This document shows, piece by piece, positions 1 to 7,436 of a stretch of 32,000 nt of DNA (within the stretch, counting starts at the first letter, position 1; each line of letters opens with the position of its first letter). A program made the position numbers and the translations under genes. The notes below the pieces were generated by a model. It did no database searches. It saw only the letters and a program-made list of their open reading frames with translations, and was not told the origin of the DNA. Source of the stretch: Kiritimatiella glycovorans (GTDB lineage Bacteria > Verrucomicrobiota > Kiritimatiellia > Kiritimatiellales > Kiritimatiellaceae); NCBI RefSeq assembly GCF_001017655.1, contig NZ_CP010904.1, positions 1,530,001-1,562,000 on the forward strand, given 5' to 3'.

Positions 1-432
1 GAGCTGCTGGACCAGGCACGGGATTTTCACCGCCGCGCGGCAGAGTACTACAGGAAGCTGGACCACGAGACGTCGCCACGCGCGCGAATGCTGCTCGACT
101 ACCTCGAACACCGCGAACAGAAGCTGGAGCAGGCGCTCAGGGAGTTTGAGGCGAACGCTCCGGAGGACGTGCTGGAAACCTGGCAGCAGTTTCCGCCGGA
201 ACACCGATTCCGCGAGCTGCTCGCTCAGGCGGAATTCACTCCTCCCGCCGGGATCGACGACATCACCCGCCGGGCGGAGAACCTGAGCCGCGCACTGATC
301 GATTTCTACAGCGACATGGCGTCGAATGCACCGGGCGCGCAGACCCGCGAACTGTTCGAGAGACTGCGCGAATCCGAAGAAGCCGCCCTGCATCGGATGG
401 TGAAAAACACCCAGATGCTTGAAGATCTGTGA
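1..432 (+). CDS. hypothetical protein, 5' end outside the window
   Basis: Frame 1 is open from base 1 (ELLDQARDFHRRAAEYYRKL...) and runs into the listed 88..432 ORF. The protein is helical and rich in Glu, Arg and Leu. No family recognised. It converges on nrdG with a 7-bp spacer. Confidence 0.45.
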   Translation, partial: ELLDQARDFHRRAAEYYRKLDHETSPRARMLLDYLEHREQKLEQALREFEANAPEDVLETWQQFPPEHRFRELLAQAEFTPPAGIDDITRRAENLSRALIDFYSDMASNAPGAQTRELFERLRESEEAALHRMVKNTQMLEDL

Positions 433-439
433 GGATTCC

Positions 440-1144
440 TCATCCGCCCCCCCCTCGCACCACCACCTCATGCACGAACTCGGTCACGGTGGAACGGAGC
501 TCTTCGAGCTGTTCGGGCGGGGTGCGCGGGAGCGTGCGAAAGGTCTCGCCGGGAAGGGACTCGTCGGGAACGAACGGCTGCAGCACGAGACGGTTCGAGC
601 CGTTCAGTTCGATCCCGATCCGCCGCATCCGGTCCGCATTGTGGTGGCCGGGGATCACGGTGGTGCGGAATTCATGGCGGACGCCGCCGCTCCTGAGCAG
701 TTCGACGGACCGTCGCAGACGATCGGGCCGCGACCAGCCGGTGAGGGAGGGGTAGTCCTCGAGCGCCGTCTTCACATCCATCGCCACGTAGTCCAGATCC
801 GGAAGACAGGCCTCCAGCATTTCCGGGTTCGAGCCGTTGGTGTCGAGTTTGACGGCGAACCCGTGCCGTTTATAGAAGCGGATCAGTTCGGGAAGCCCCG
901 CGGCGAGCGTCGGCTCGCCGCCGCTGATGACGGCCGCATCGGTCCAGTTGCGCCGGAAATCGGCGCAGACCTCGTCCATCCGCTCCCAGCTCAGGCCCGG
1001 CCGGGGCGCTCCCATCAGCGTGGCATTGTGGCAGAAACCGCAGGAGAAATTGCAGCCGCTGGTGAAGAAGATCGCCGCGATCCGGCCGGGATAATCCACC
1101 ATGGTAGGCTGGCGGCGGAAGGCATAGACCGGCGAAGCCGCCAT
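440..1144 (-). CDS. nrdG: anaerobic ribonucleoside-triphosphate reductase activating protein (radical SAM)
   Basis: N-terminal radical-SAM cluster motif GCNFSCGFCHN (CxxxCxxC) in a 234-aa protein. It is the last gene of the nrdD operon. Its ATG (1142-1144) overlaps the TAA of the upstream redoxin gene as TAATG. Confidence 0.9.
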   Translation of the reverse strand: MAASPVYAFRRQPTMVDYPGRIAAIFFTSGCNFSCGFCHNATLMGAPRPGLSWERMDEVCADFRRNWTDAAVISGGEPTLAAGLPELIRFYKRHGFAVKLDTNGSNPEMLEACLPDLDYVAMDVKTALEDYPSLTGWSRPDRLRRSVELLRSGGVRHEFRTTVIPGHHNADRMRRIGIELNGSNRLVLQPFVPDESLPGETFRTLPRTPPEQLEELRSTVTEFVHEVVVRGGGG

Positions 1145-1539
1145 TACGACGTCTCCCGCGCCTCATTCAGCACGCCGCGGATCGTCTCCGGCTTCAGTAT
1201 GCCCCTCCCCCGCTCCGAATAATCGGTCTGCAATCCGAGTACGGGGCCCAGGCGCGAAGGGTCGGGGCCTTCCGTCTCCGCGGACGGGGCGGGAATCGGC
1301 TCGTAACGTCCGCTCTGCTCGTCACGCCGTGCGACGAGCATGGCCGGGATACGCTGGGGATTGATGCATTCCGCCTCGCAGAAACGCACCAGCCCCTGTT
1401 CCGTATCGAGATCGACGTATTCCTTCTCGAACTCCGCCATCCCGTCGCGCTTCAGTTCCTTATCCAGACGCCGATTGAGCGCCTTGCATTTGTCGCAGTT
1501 CTGTTTGCCGAATACGGTTACGCGATACGCCGTCATCAT
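1144..1539 (-). CDS. thioredoxin-fold CxxC redoxin (NrdH/glutaredoxin-like) with C-terminal extension
   Basis: VTVFGKQNCDKCKAL is a beta-strand plus CxxC motif at the N terminus, typical of the thioredoxin fold. The gene sits between nrdD and nrdG. A GGAGGAG SD lies upstream of the ATG. About 50 extra C-terminal residues have no recognised similarity. Confidence 0.6.
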   Translation of the reverse strand: MMTAYRVTVFGKQNCDKCKALNRRLDKELKRDGMAEFEKEYVDLDTEQGLVRFCEAECINPQRIPAMLVARRDEQSGRYEPIPAPSAETEGPDPSRLGPVLGLQTDYSERGRGILKPETIRGVLNEARETS

Positions 1540-1561
1540 GCTCTCCTCCGGTATTGAGTGA

Positions 1562-4306
1562 TCAGTTCTGCCGGATTTCCGCGCCGGCTTGCGGCGAAGG
1601 CTCCTCCGCGCACTCCATGGCGTCGTCCTCCGCCGTCTCCACAGCGTACTGCCCGCGCTGCCGGGCCACCAGTTCGCCGTAGCGCTTGGACTTGTTCCAG
1701 TTCTGGATCTTGCTGAAGTAGCCCACGACGCGCGTTTCGCCGACCACGTCCTCCGAGCCGCAGGACTCGCAGCTCTCCTTCAGACCGCGCATATTGTGGC
1801 GGCAGTAGTTGCAGTAGGTGAACTCGGGCGAGATCGTGACCTGCGCCGACTGCGTCTCAAAGAACACCTTCTTCATGAGCGCGGCGACCGATTCCGGCGC
1901 CGGGCGCTCCTCGCCGACGAACGCGTGGGTGATCGCCCCCGATTCGATCAGGCTGTGGTACTTGCTCTGTTCGCGGATGCGGTCCACCAGCGTGACCGGC
2001 GCGTCCGCGGCCAGGTGAATCGAGTTCGTGTAGTAGACCACGTCCTCGTCGTCCCCCTTGACCACCTCTTTCGCCTCGTCCCGGTAGTAGATCAGGTCCG
2101 ATTTCGCCAGCCGGCGCGCGGCGCTTTCGGCGGGCGATTCCTCCAGCGAGAACTTCAACCCGTGCTTCTGGGAGAGCTTCTTCGCCTTGAGGTACATATG
2201 GGCCACGATCCTGAGGCCGAGACGGCGGGCTTCGTTGCTGTCGTGCAGCTCCTGTCCGATCAGGAATTTCACGGCGTCGTTCACACCGATCAGACCGAGG
2301 ATATACGTGCAGGTCTCCAGGTTCACGTACGGCTTGCCGTCGCAGCTCGGCTTGCCGATCTGCCAGAGGGGGCGGCCCGGCTCGGCGAGCATCTCGGCCG
2401 CCTTGCGCTTCTTCTGGAGATGCGCCTCGACCGCGAGATCCATGGTCTGGTCGATCTCCTCGAAGAAGGTCTCGAGCAGCCGTTCGCCGTCGCGGCGGGC
2501 GGCGCGGTAGGCCGCCTGCGGGATGTTAATGGTCACGTTCTGGAATCCGCAGAAACGCATCGATTCCGGGTGACGCAGCATCCGGTTGTCGTCGATGGTC
2601 GTCCGCAGCCGGCAGCAGGCCGAGAGCGTCACCTCGTCGCGGTCGAAGATGAAGTACGTCGACCCGTTCTCGCTGGCCAGCCGGCAGGCGTCCATGAAGA
2701 TCCGGTACTGCTCGGGGTCCTCGAACGTCTCGTCGCTGATGTGAAAGTCACACTTCGGAAACTCGAAGACACGCCCGTTGCGGTCGCCTTCGCCGAACAC
2801 TTCGAGAAGGGCATCGCAGAAGTCGCGGGCCTCCCGGATGTAATCGCCGTAGGTCACGACCTTCTCCCCGCGCGCCTCGACTTCCTTACGCACCTGGTCG
2901 TCGCAGACGAGCCCCTTATGCTCATCCGCCCGCTCCCGCAGCACGAGGCGGCGGCCGCCGTCCTCTTCGACGTAAAGTTCCATCAGCGGGTAGCCGGAGG
3001 GATCCGTCTCCTCCGTCTGCTCCTCGACCAGCGCGACTTTCGAGCCGTCGGCGCGACGCAGCATGTACCGGCCGCCGGGTCCCACCGCGGGCACGTCCTT
3101 GAGGTAGCGCGGGACCCCCGTGTGGATATTGAAATCCAGGAACAGGGTCTGGCCGCCGCGCGAGAACGCGTTCTGCGATCCGTTGAAGATCAGCTCCTGC
3201 GCGATCTGTTTCAGTTCCGCCCGATCCATGCCTTCAAGAAACGGCGCGTACATGATGTTGATGTAGGCGATGCCGAGCGCGCCGGCGTAGTTGGCCTGCA
3301 TCGAGGCGAGAAACGTGTTGAGGTGCCCGGTCAGCACCGAAGCCGTACGGGCGGGCCGCGACTCGGTGTTCAGGTTCACGAGCCCCTGCAGCCCGTACTT
3401 CTTGACGTACTCGATCGAGTGCGACGAGCAGTAGACCCGGTGCGGGTAGCCGAGATCGTGCAGGTGAATCCGGCCCGTGTGATGGGCCTGGCGGAGCTCG
3501 GGCGAGAAGATGGTATCCAGCGCCCACTGCTTGAGCACCAGTTCGGCGATGCCGAGGTTCACCGCCTCGGGGTTGTTGTTTACGATGTTGCTGTTCTCGG
3601 TCGACTTCGTGTTCATCAACCCGCGCACGTAATCCTTGGACACGCGATACAGCGAGAGATCGTGCAGCTGTTCGGTGTGACCGCGGTCGGCCAGTTCGTT
3701 GTTGACCAGCTCGCGGATCAGCGCCGTGCTGATCGTGCGGATCTCGCCGTCGATCACCCGGTTTTCCACGGACTTCGCGACGCTGCGGGCGACCCTGCGG
3801 GAGAGTTCGGTCTTTGCGACGATCTGGTCGACGATCCGTTCGCGGTCCCACGGCAGGGTCTCGTTGCGCGAAGGCGATTCCACCAGCAGCAGGCTGGCGT
3901 CGGTGACGTCCGCGGTGTCGCCGGGCCGGCCCCGTACCCGGATACCCTTGCGGGCGCGTTCGCGCTGCTTGCGGTACCGCTTGTAGGCGGCGACCACCAG
4001 CGACTCGTTCTCCTCGGCGAGCAGAATCTCGACCAGATCCTGCACGTCTTCGATGCGGGGGATGCGGCCCTCCCCGTCCTCTTCCGCCACATAATATTCG
4101 CTGTGCGGATCGTCGAGCTGGCGGATTACGCGTTCCGTCACGCGCTCGGGCAGCGATTCGTCCGCCTGGATTCCGTGCTCGCGGCCTACACTGACCACCG
4201 CGCTGCGCACGGCCTGCTCGATCTTGCTCGCCTCGAACGATACGACATCGCCGGAACGCTTGCGGAAACCGTCAAATGGGTGTTTATACTGCTTTTGCGC
4301 CGTCAT
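1562..4306 (-). CDS. nrdD: anaerobic (class III) ribonucleoside-triphosphate reductase, two N-terminal ATP-cone-like segments
   Basis: The C terminus has the glycyl-radical motif RVVGYFS preceded by a Zn-ribbon (CNYCRH...CESCGS). The thiyl-loop motif SACCRL is present. There are two ATP-cone-like stretches: VVSFEASKIEQAV...YKRYRKQRE and WDRERIVDQIVAKT...LYRVSKDY. Length 914 aa. Confidence 0.95.
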   Translation of the reverse strand: MTAQKQYKHPFDGFRKRSGDVVSFEASKIEQAVRSAVVSVGREHGIQADESLPERVTERVIRQLDDPHSEYYVAEEDGEGRIPRIEDVQDLVEILLAEENESLVVAAYKRYRKQRERARKGIRVRGRPGDTADVTDASLLLVESPSRNETLPWDRERIVDQIVAKTELSRRVARSVAKSVENRVIDGEIRTISTALIRELVNNELADRGHTEQLHDLSLYRVSKDYVRGLMNTKSTENSNIVNNNPEAVNLGIAELVLKQWALDTIFSPELRQAHHTGRIHLHDLGYPHRVYCSSHSIEYVKKYGLQGLVNLNTESRPARTASVLTGHLNTFLASMQANYAGALGIAYINIMYAPFLEGMDRAELKQIAQELIFNGSQNAFSRGGQTLFLDFNIHTGVPRYLKDVPAVGPGGRYMLRRADGSKVALVEEQTEETDPSGYPLMELYVEEDGGRRLVLRERADEHKGLVCDDQVRKEVEARGEKVVTYGDYIREARDFCDALLEVFGEGDRNGRVFEFPKCDFHISDETFEDPEQYRIFMDACRLASENGSTYFIFDRDEVTLSACCRLRTTIDDNRMLRHPESMRFCGFQNVTINIPQAAYRAARRDGERLLETFFEEIDQTMDLAVEAHLQKKRKAAEMLAEPGRPLWQIGKPSCDGKPYVNLETCTYILGLIGVNDAVKFLIGQELHDSNEARRLGLRIVAHMYLKAKKLSQKHGLKFSLEESPAESAARRLAKSDLIYYRDEAKEVVKGDDEDVVYYTNSIHLAADAPVTLVDRIREQSKYHSLIESGAITHAFVGEERPAPESVAALMKKVFFETQSAQVTISPEFTYCNYCRHNMRGLKESCESCGSEDVVGETRVVGYFSKIQNWNKSKRYGELVARQRGQYAVETAEDDAMECAEEPSPQAGAEIRQN

Positions 4307-4417
4307 CGGGGTCCCCTTTTATCGTTGGGGCGTGAGGTCCGGTGGGCCCCAGCCATGATCCTTTCTCGGTCCGTCCGCGCCGACGGACCCCTTGAGCCCC
4401 TCGCCGACGTTGATCCC

Positions 4418-4446
4418 ATTAAAACCCAGATGATGTTACATGTCAA
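4418..4446 (-). promoter_or_regulatory. candidate sigma70-type promoter of the nrdD operon
   Basis: On the minus strand: TTGACA (4446..4441), a 17-nt spacer, then TTTAAT (4423..4418). It lies about 110 nt upstream of the nrdD ATG, in the only AT-rich patch of this intergenic region. Confidence 0.3.
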
Positions 4447-4454
4447 ATAAAAAT

Positions 4455-4470
4455 ATACAATATGTTGTGT
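4455..4470. promoter_or_regulatory. candidate NrdR box
   Basis: The minus strand reads ACACAACATATTGTAT. This matches the published 16-bp NrdR palindrome consensus acaCwAtATaTwGtgt at 14 of 16 positions. It sits 8 bp upstream of the putative -35. Confidence 0.35.
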
Positions 4471-4518
4471 ATGGCTAAGTTGTTCCGGGGCGGGGGTTTC
4501 CTTATCCGGGCACGATTT

Positions 4519-4677
4519 GAGTGGGAGACCTGAAACTGAATTGAGTGAGAAACCTGAAACCTGAAACCTGAGTAAGACTTCCCACTCCAAACTGAATTGA
4601 GTGAGAAACCTGAAACTGAATTGAGTGAGAAACCTGAAACCTGAAACCTGAGTAAGACTTCCCACTCCCCCTTACTC
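4519..4677. repeat. nested tandem and inverted repeat array (80-bp period, 24-bp and 7-bp sub-units)
   Basis: A perfect 60-bp repeat occurs at 4529..4588 and 4609..4668. The 20-bp spacer (4589..4608) is itself a copy of 4533..4552. The heptamer cctgaaa is iterated. There are inverted matches gagtggga/tcccactc and gagtaag/cttactc. Confidence 0.9.
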
Positions 4678-4729
4678 TAATTCTGGTGTGACTACTCAGG
4701 TACCCCTCTCCCAGAGGACGGTTGACGAT

Positions 4730-4793
4730 AACGGGCGACGAGAGCGGTGGACGATAGAGGCCTTCAACTCGTGAGCCGTTCTCGTCGCCCGTT
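4730..4793. repeat. subterminal hairpin inside the IS (18-bp arms)
   Basis: aacgggcgacgagagcgg (4730..4747) pairs with ccgttctcgtcgcccgtt (4776..4793) at 17 of 18 positions. It lies between the transposase stop and the left IR. It is also present in copy 2, where the stem extends to about 22 bp. Confidence 0.7.
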
Positions 4794-4922
4794 CTCGTTA
4801 GCCGATTCCAGATGGGCTATACGGGATCGAGACGATGGCGGCAAGTCGGGATGGCTCCGCCTGGATTTGCGAGGGGGCGAGTGCGAGTAGGATCGGCGAG
4901 GTCCGTTCATACGCGGCAGGGG

Positions 4923-6407
4923 CTACGAGGTATTGAGCGCCGGAACGAAGGGGTTTCCGCTGAACAGGCGGGTCAGCACATCCATAGCGCCGACGGCATT
5001 CTTGCGGGCGGTTGAGATGTAGCTTCGAATGCGGCAGAAGGCTTGGGCGCCATCCTCGGTTCGGAACATGCCCGAGATTTTCTGCTGCACCTTCATCATG
5101 CGTAGATCGCGCTCAGCCTGATTGTTGTCGAAGGGCACGTTGAAGTCGTACATGAACGCAAGCGCTTCATCGCGGTGCTCGTCGAGCCGTTCGAGCAGGT
5201 TACGGGCTTTGGTCTTCTTGCGGCGGCCCCGTCGTTTCTTCGCGTTGCGCGGCAACGGCGGCAGCGGATTCTGCGCGTAGCCTTCGTCGAGGACTTGCTG
5301 GTAGCGGGCTTCGAAGGTGTGTAGCTGCCGCCGGTCAAGATGATCGGTCGACTGTTTGGCGAGATCGACGGCCTCTTTGATGTCGAGCAGGCAGTCGATC
5401 ATGTGGTCGGCCCAGTCCTGCTGGTGCTGCTCATGCGCAAAGATCAGTTCGCGCAAGTGATGGGCGTTGCAGAGGCCATGGAGGCAGTCGTAGCCGAAGT
5501 ACGGTTTCCAGAAGTCGTGAACGGCGCGTCCGAGGAAGTCGGGCAAGATGCCGATGTCATCGATCGCTTCGCGGCCGCGTTTGCGATGGATGTCATAATA
5601 GGTTGCCTGTGCGGTCGAGGCCGAATGCAGCCACCACAGCTTGCCGTCTACCCGTGAGCCGGTCTCGTCGAAGTGTGCCACGGCGGCCTGCTCGATCAAC
5701 TCCTTGATCTTCTCGACGGGGTCGGCGGCCAACGTGTGGGATTGGGTGATGATATTGCAGAGCGTGCCTTCGCTCATCGGGCAGCCGAAGAAGTCATTCA
5801 GCAGTTCGCAGGTTCGGTCATAGGGCAGGAACTGATAGTTCTTCAGGTACACGGCCGCAGCCTTGATCCCCTCGCCGTATTGCACGGGAGCGTTGACCCC
5901 TTCGGGGAACGCGGCTTTGTTCAGATGGCCGCAAGCGCAGGTTTTGGTTTCAGCCTGGTGCTCGGTGACGATCAGCCGCAGGGGTGGCAGGTCATGGACT
6001 TGACGCTTTTCGATGCCCTCGACGGATTGATCGGCTAGAGAGCGGCCGCAGTGTTCGCATTCCTTCACACGGTGCACTTCGGTGTGCTCGGGCTTGTCGG
6101 CCATCGCGAGCGTATGGCCGGTATGGCCGGGCTGGCCGCCGGACTTGCGCTTGCCCTTCTTGCGCAGGCTTTTGGGCGCAGGTTTCTTGAAGCCGTCGCT
6201 GGAGGGCGGTTTGCTGCTGTTGCGCGAGTTTTTGGCGAGTTGGTTCTCAAGAGACTGAACGCGTTCTTCCAGAGCACGGATGCGCGCATCCATCATCAAC
6301 AGTACCCGCACGACGGTTTCCTTGCCGGCGTCGTAGATCGCTTCGGCCTCTTGGCGTGTCATCACCTGCCCGCCCTCCCTTCGGTTCGGGAGCAGGCGGG
6401 TGCGCAC
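4923..6407 (-). CDS. IS66-family transposase (TnpC-like)
   Basis: Recognisable parts are an N-terminal leucine-zipper-like helix (LEERVQSLENQLAK), a Zn-finger (CEHCG...C.CGH) and IS66 signature motifs CNAHHLRE and FDNNQAERDLR. The more likely start is the internal ATG at 6362 (MTRQEAEA, 479 aa), which overlaps the upstream stop as TGATG. Confidence 0.9.
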   Translation of the reverse strand: MRTRLLPNRREGGQVMTRQEAEAIYDAGKETVVRVLLMMDARIRALEERVQSLENQLAKNSRNSSKPPSSDGFKKPAPKSLRKKGKRKSGGQPGHTGHTLAMADKPEHTEVHRVKECEHCGRSLADQSVEGIEKRQVHDLPPLRLIVTEHQAETKTCACGHLNKAAFPEGVNAPVQYGEGIKAAAVYLKNYQFLPYDRTCELLNDFFGCPMSEGTLCNIITQSHTLAADPVEKIKELIEQAAVAHFDETGSRVDGKLWWLHSASTAQATYYDIHRKRGREAIDDIGILPDFLGRAVHDFWKPYFGYDCLHGLCNAHHLRELIFAHEQHQQDWADHMIDCLLDIKEAVDLAKQSTDHLDRRQLHTFEARYQQVLDEGYAQNPLPPLPRNAKKRRGRRKKTKARNLLERLDEHRDEALAFMYDFNVPFDNNQAERDLRMMKVQQKISGMFRTEDGAQAFCRIRSYISTARKNAVGAMDVLTRLFSGNPFVPALNTS

Positions 6408-7273
6408 AACTCCCGCCGGAACTCCGGGATGAGCGGATACAGATACACGTCCTTGACCGGCGCCTGGATGCGGCGGTCTCGATCGTTGCGGGTCCGCCCC
6501 TGCGTTGCGCCCAGGCGCATCCAGTTCGCGGCCCGGTAGCAGGTGCCTTTGAATCGGGAACGGTCCACGAACGTTTCCAAGGCATGCACGGGATGAGCGT
6601 ACTTGCCCTGCCAGTCATCCCGGATGCGCCGGGCAATGAGGCCGAGGACGTGGCTGGCCAGATGCGGGACTTCGACCCAGGGCAGGATCAGGAAACGCGT
6701 ATTGTTGGTCAATGCCTGGAGATTGCGTTCACGGCAGGCCCGATCCCAGCCGAGGAAACGATCCCGATCCGCGCATTTCCATGCCGCCGAACCGAACAGC
6801 GCACAGGCCACGAGCCGACCGTGCCGGTCGCGGATCAGATAGCGCAGGTTCTCGCCCACCGTGTTGCGATGGCCCAAGTAGTGGTATCGGCCCAGCAGCC
6901 CTTTGAACAACTGCGAGTTATCCGAACGTGGGGCGACAAGGTCTGCCGACAGGGGCCGCAATGCGCTCAGGTCAGAGCGAATCGGTTCGGCGGCAGGTTC
7001 TACGGCAGGCACGCACCGGTTGCGGAAATGATTGGAAGACGGGCGTTGACGCGCCGGCAACTCGATGCATCCGCGTCGCTCCAGCTTCAACAGCAGGGAG
7101 CGCGCCGCCATGTCCTTGATACGGCCCTGCGCGTTGCGCCAGTTCCAGCAGCGGCACAGTTCTTCGCTCAGGCGGGTACGCCCCCAGTCCCGATGCTCTG
7201 CCATCAAATCCCGGATCAAGGCGATCTCGCCGTCCGTGATTCTCCGCCCCTGAATGACCATAGCCTGTGCCAT
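6362..7273 (-). CDS. DUF4338 (DruA-like) domain protein with N-terminal wHTH-like region
   Basis: The stretch YHYLGHRNTVGENLRYLI...ALFGSAAWKCADRDRFLGW...NNTRFLILPWV...ETFVD...GTCYRAANW matches my memory of the conserved DUF4338 core. The N terminus (LIRDLMAEHRDWGRTRLSEELCR) looks like a DNA-binding wHTH. Confidence 0.7.
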   Translation of the reverse strand: MAQAMVIQGRRITDGEIALIRDLMAEHRDWGRTRLSEELCRCWNWRNAQGRIKDMAARSLLLKLERRGCIELPARQRPSSNHFRNRCVPAVEPAAEPIRSDLSALRPLSADLVAPRSDNSQLFKGLLGRYHYLGHRNTVGENLRYLIRDRHGRLVACALFGSAAWKCADRDRFLGWDRACRERNLQALTNNTRFLILPWVEVPHLASHVLGLIARRIRDDWQGKYAHPVHALETFVDRSRFKGTCYRAANWMRLGATQGRTRNDRDRRIQAPVKDVYLYPLIPEFRRELCAPACSRTEGRAGR

Positions 7274-7436
7274 GGTCAGCAGCGTAGAAGACCACGCGAT
7301 CCGAGTCCAGCAGAAACCGCGACTTTTTCCTGTTGCGCTCGGGGGGGGGGGGTAGTCTACGATTGTTCCAGTGGTAGCGCCATGGTGGGGCTACCTGAGT
7401 AGTTACAGTGGGAGATAAAAAATGAAATAATGCAGT

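Larger units (their letters stand above)
4688..7407 (-). mobile_element. IS66-family insertion sequence, copy 1 (DUF4338 gene plus transposase)
   Basis: The same sequence occurs at 12630..15347. The terminal inverted repeats are GTGACTACTCAGGTACCCC (4688..) and GTAACTACTCAGGTAGCCC (reverse complement of ..7406), matching at 17 of 19 positions. The GTAA-type terminus is typical of IS66. The element has two coupled ORFs. Confidence 0.9.

Noticed and set aside
4425-4440. Second NrdR box at the expected about 30-bp spacing.
   Set aside because: Only about 8 of 16 positions match the consensus.
1589-4450. 953-aa ORF on the plus strand, and similar long ORFs at 6356..7402, 14297..15295, 18021..19454, 19391..20365, 20362..21489, 25219..26229 and 26233..27117.
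   Set aside because: Each lies antisense to a gene with clear family motifs (nrdD, DUF4338, transglutaminase-like, hflC, hflK, lipoprotein). Their translations are Arg/Ala/Gly/Pro-rich low-complexity sequence, as expected from high-GC antisense frames.
4303-4665. 120-aa minus-strand ORF through the tandem repeat, and the 100-aa ORF 30757..31059 through the 37-bp array.
   Set aside because: Their translations are simply the repeats read as peptides (FRFLTQFS..., WERRAPARHFS...). They overlap the start of nrdD and the terminator array respectively.
7407-7415. agtgggaga at the inner flank of IS copy 1 also occurs at 4520..4528 in the repeat region left of the IS. This hinted at a displaced target duplication.
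   Set aside because: The left copy is 160 bp away from the IS end rather than adjacent to it. The motif is part of the local repeat family. A 9-bp match is not sufficient evidence.
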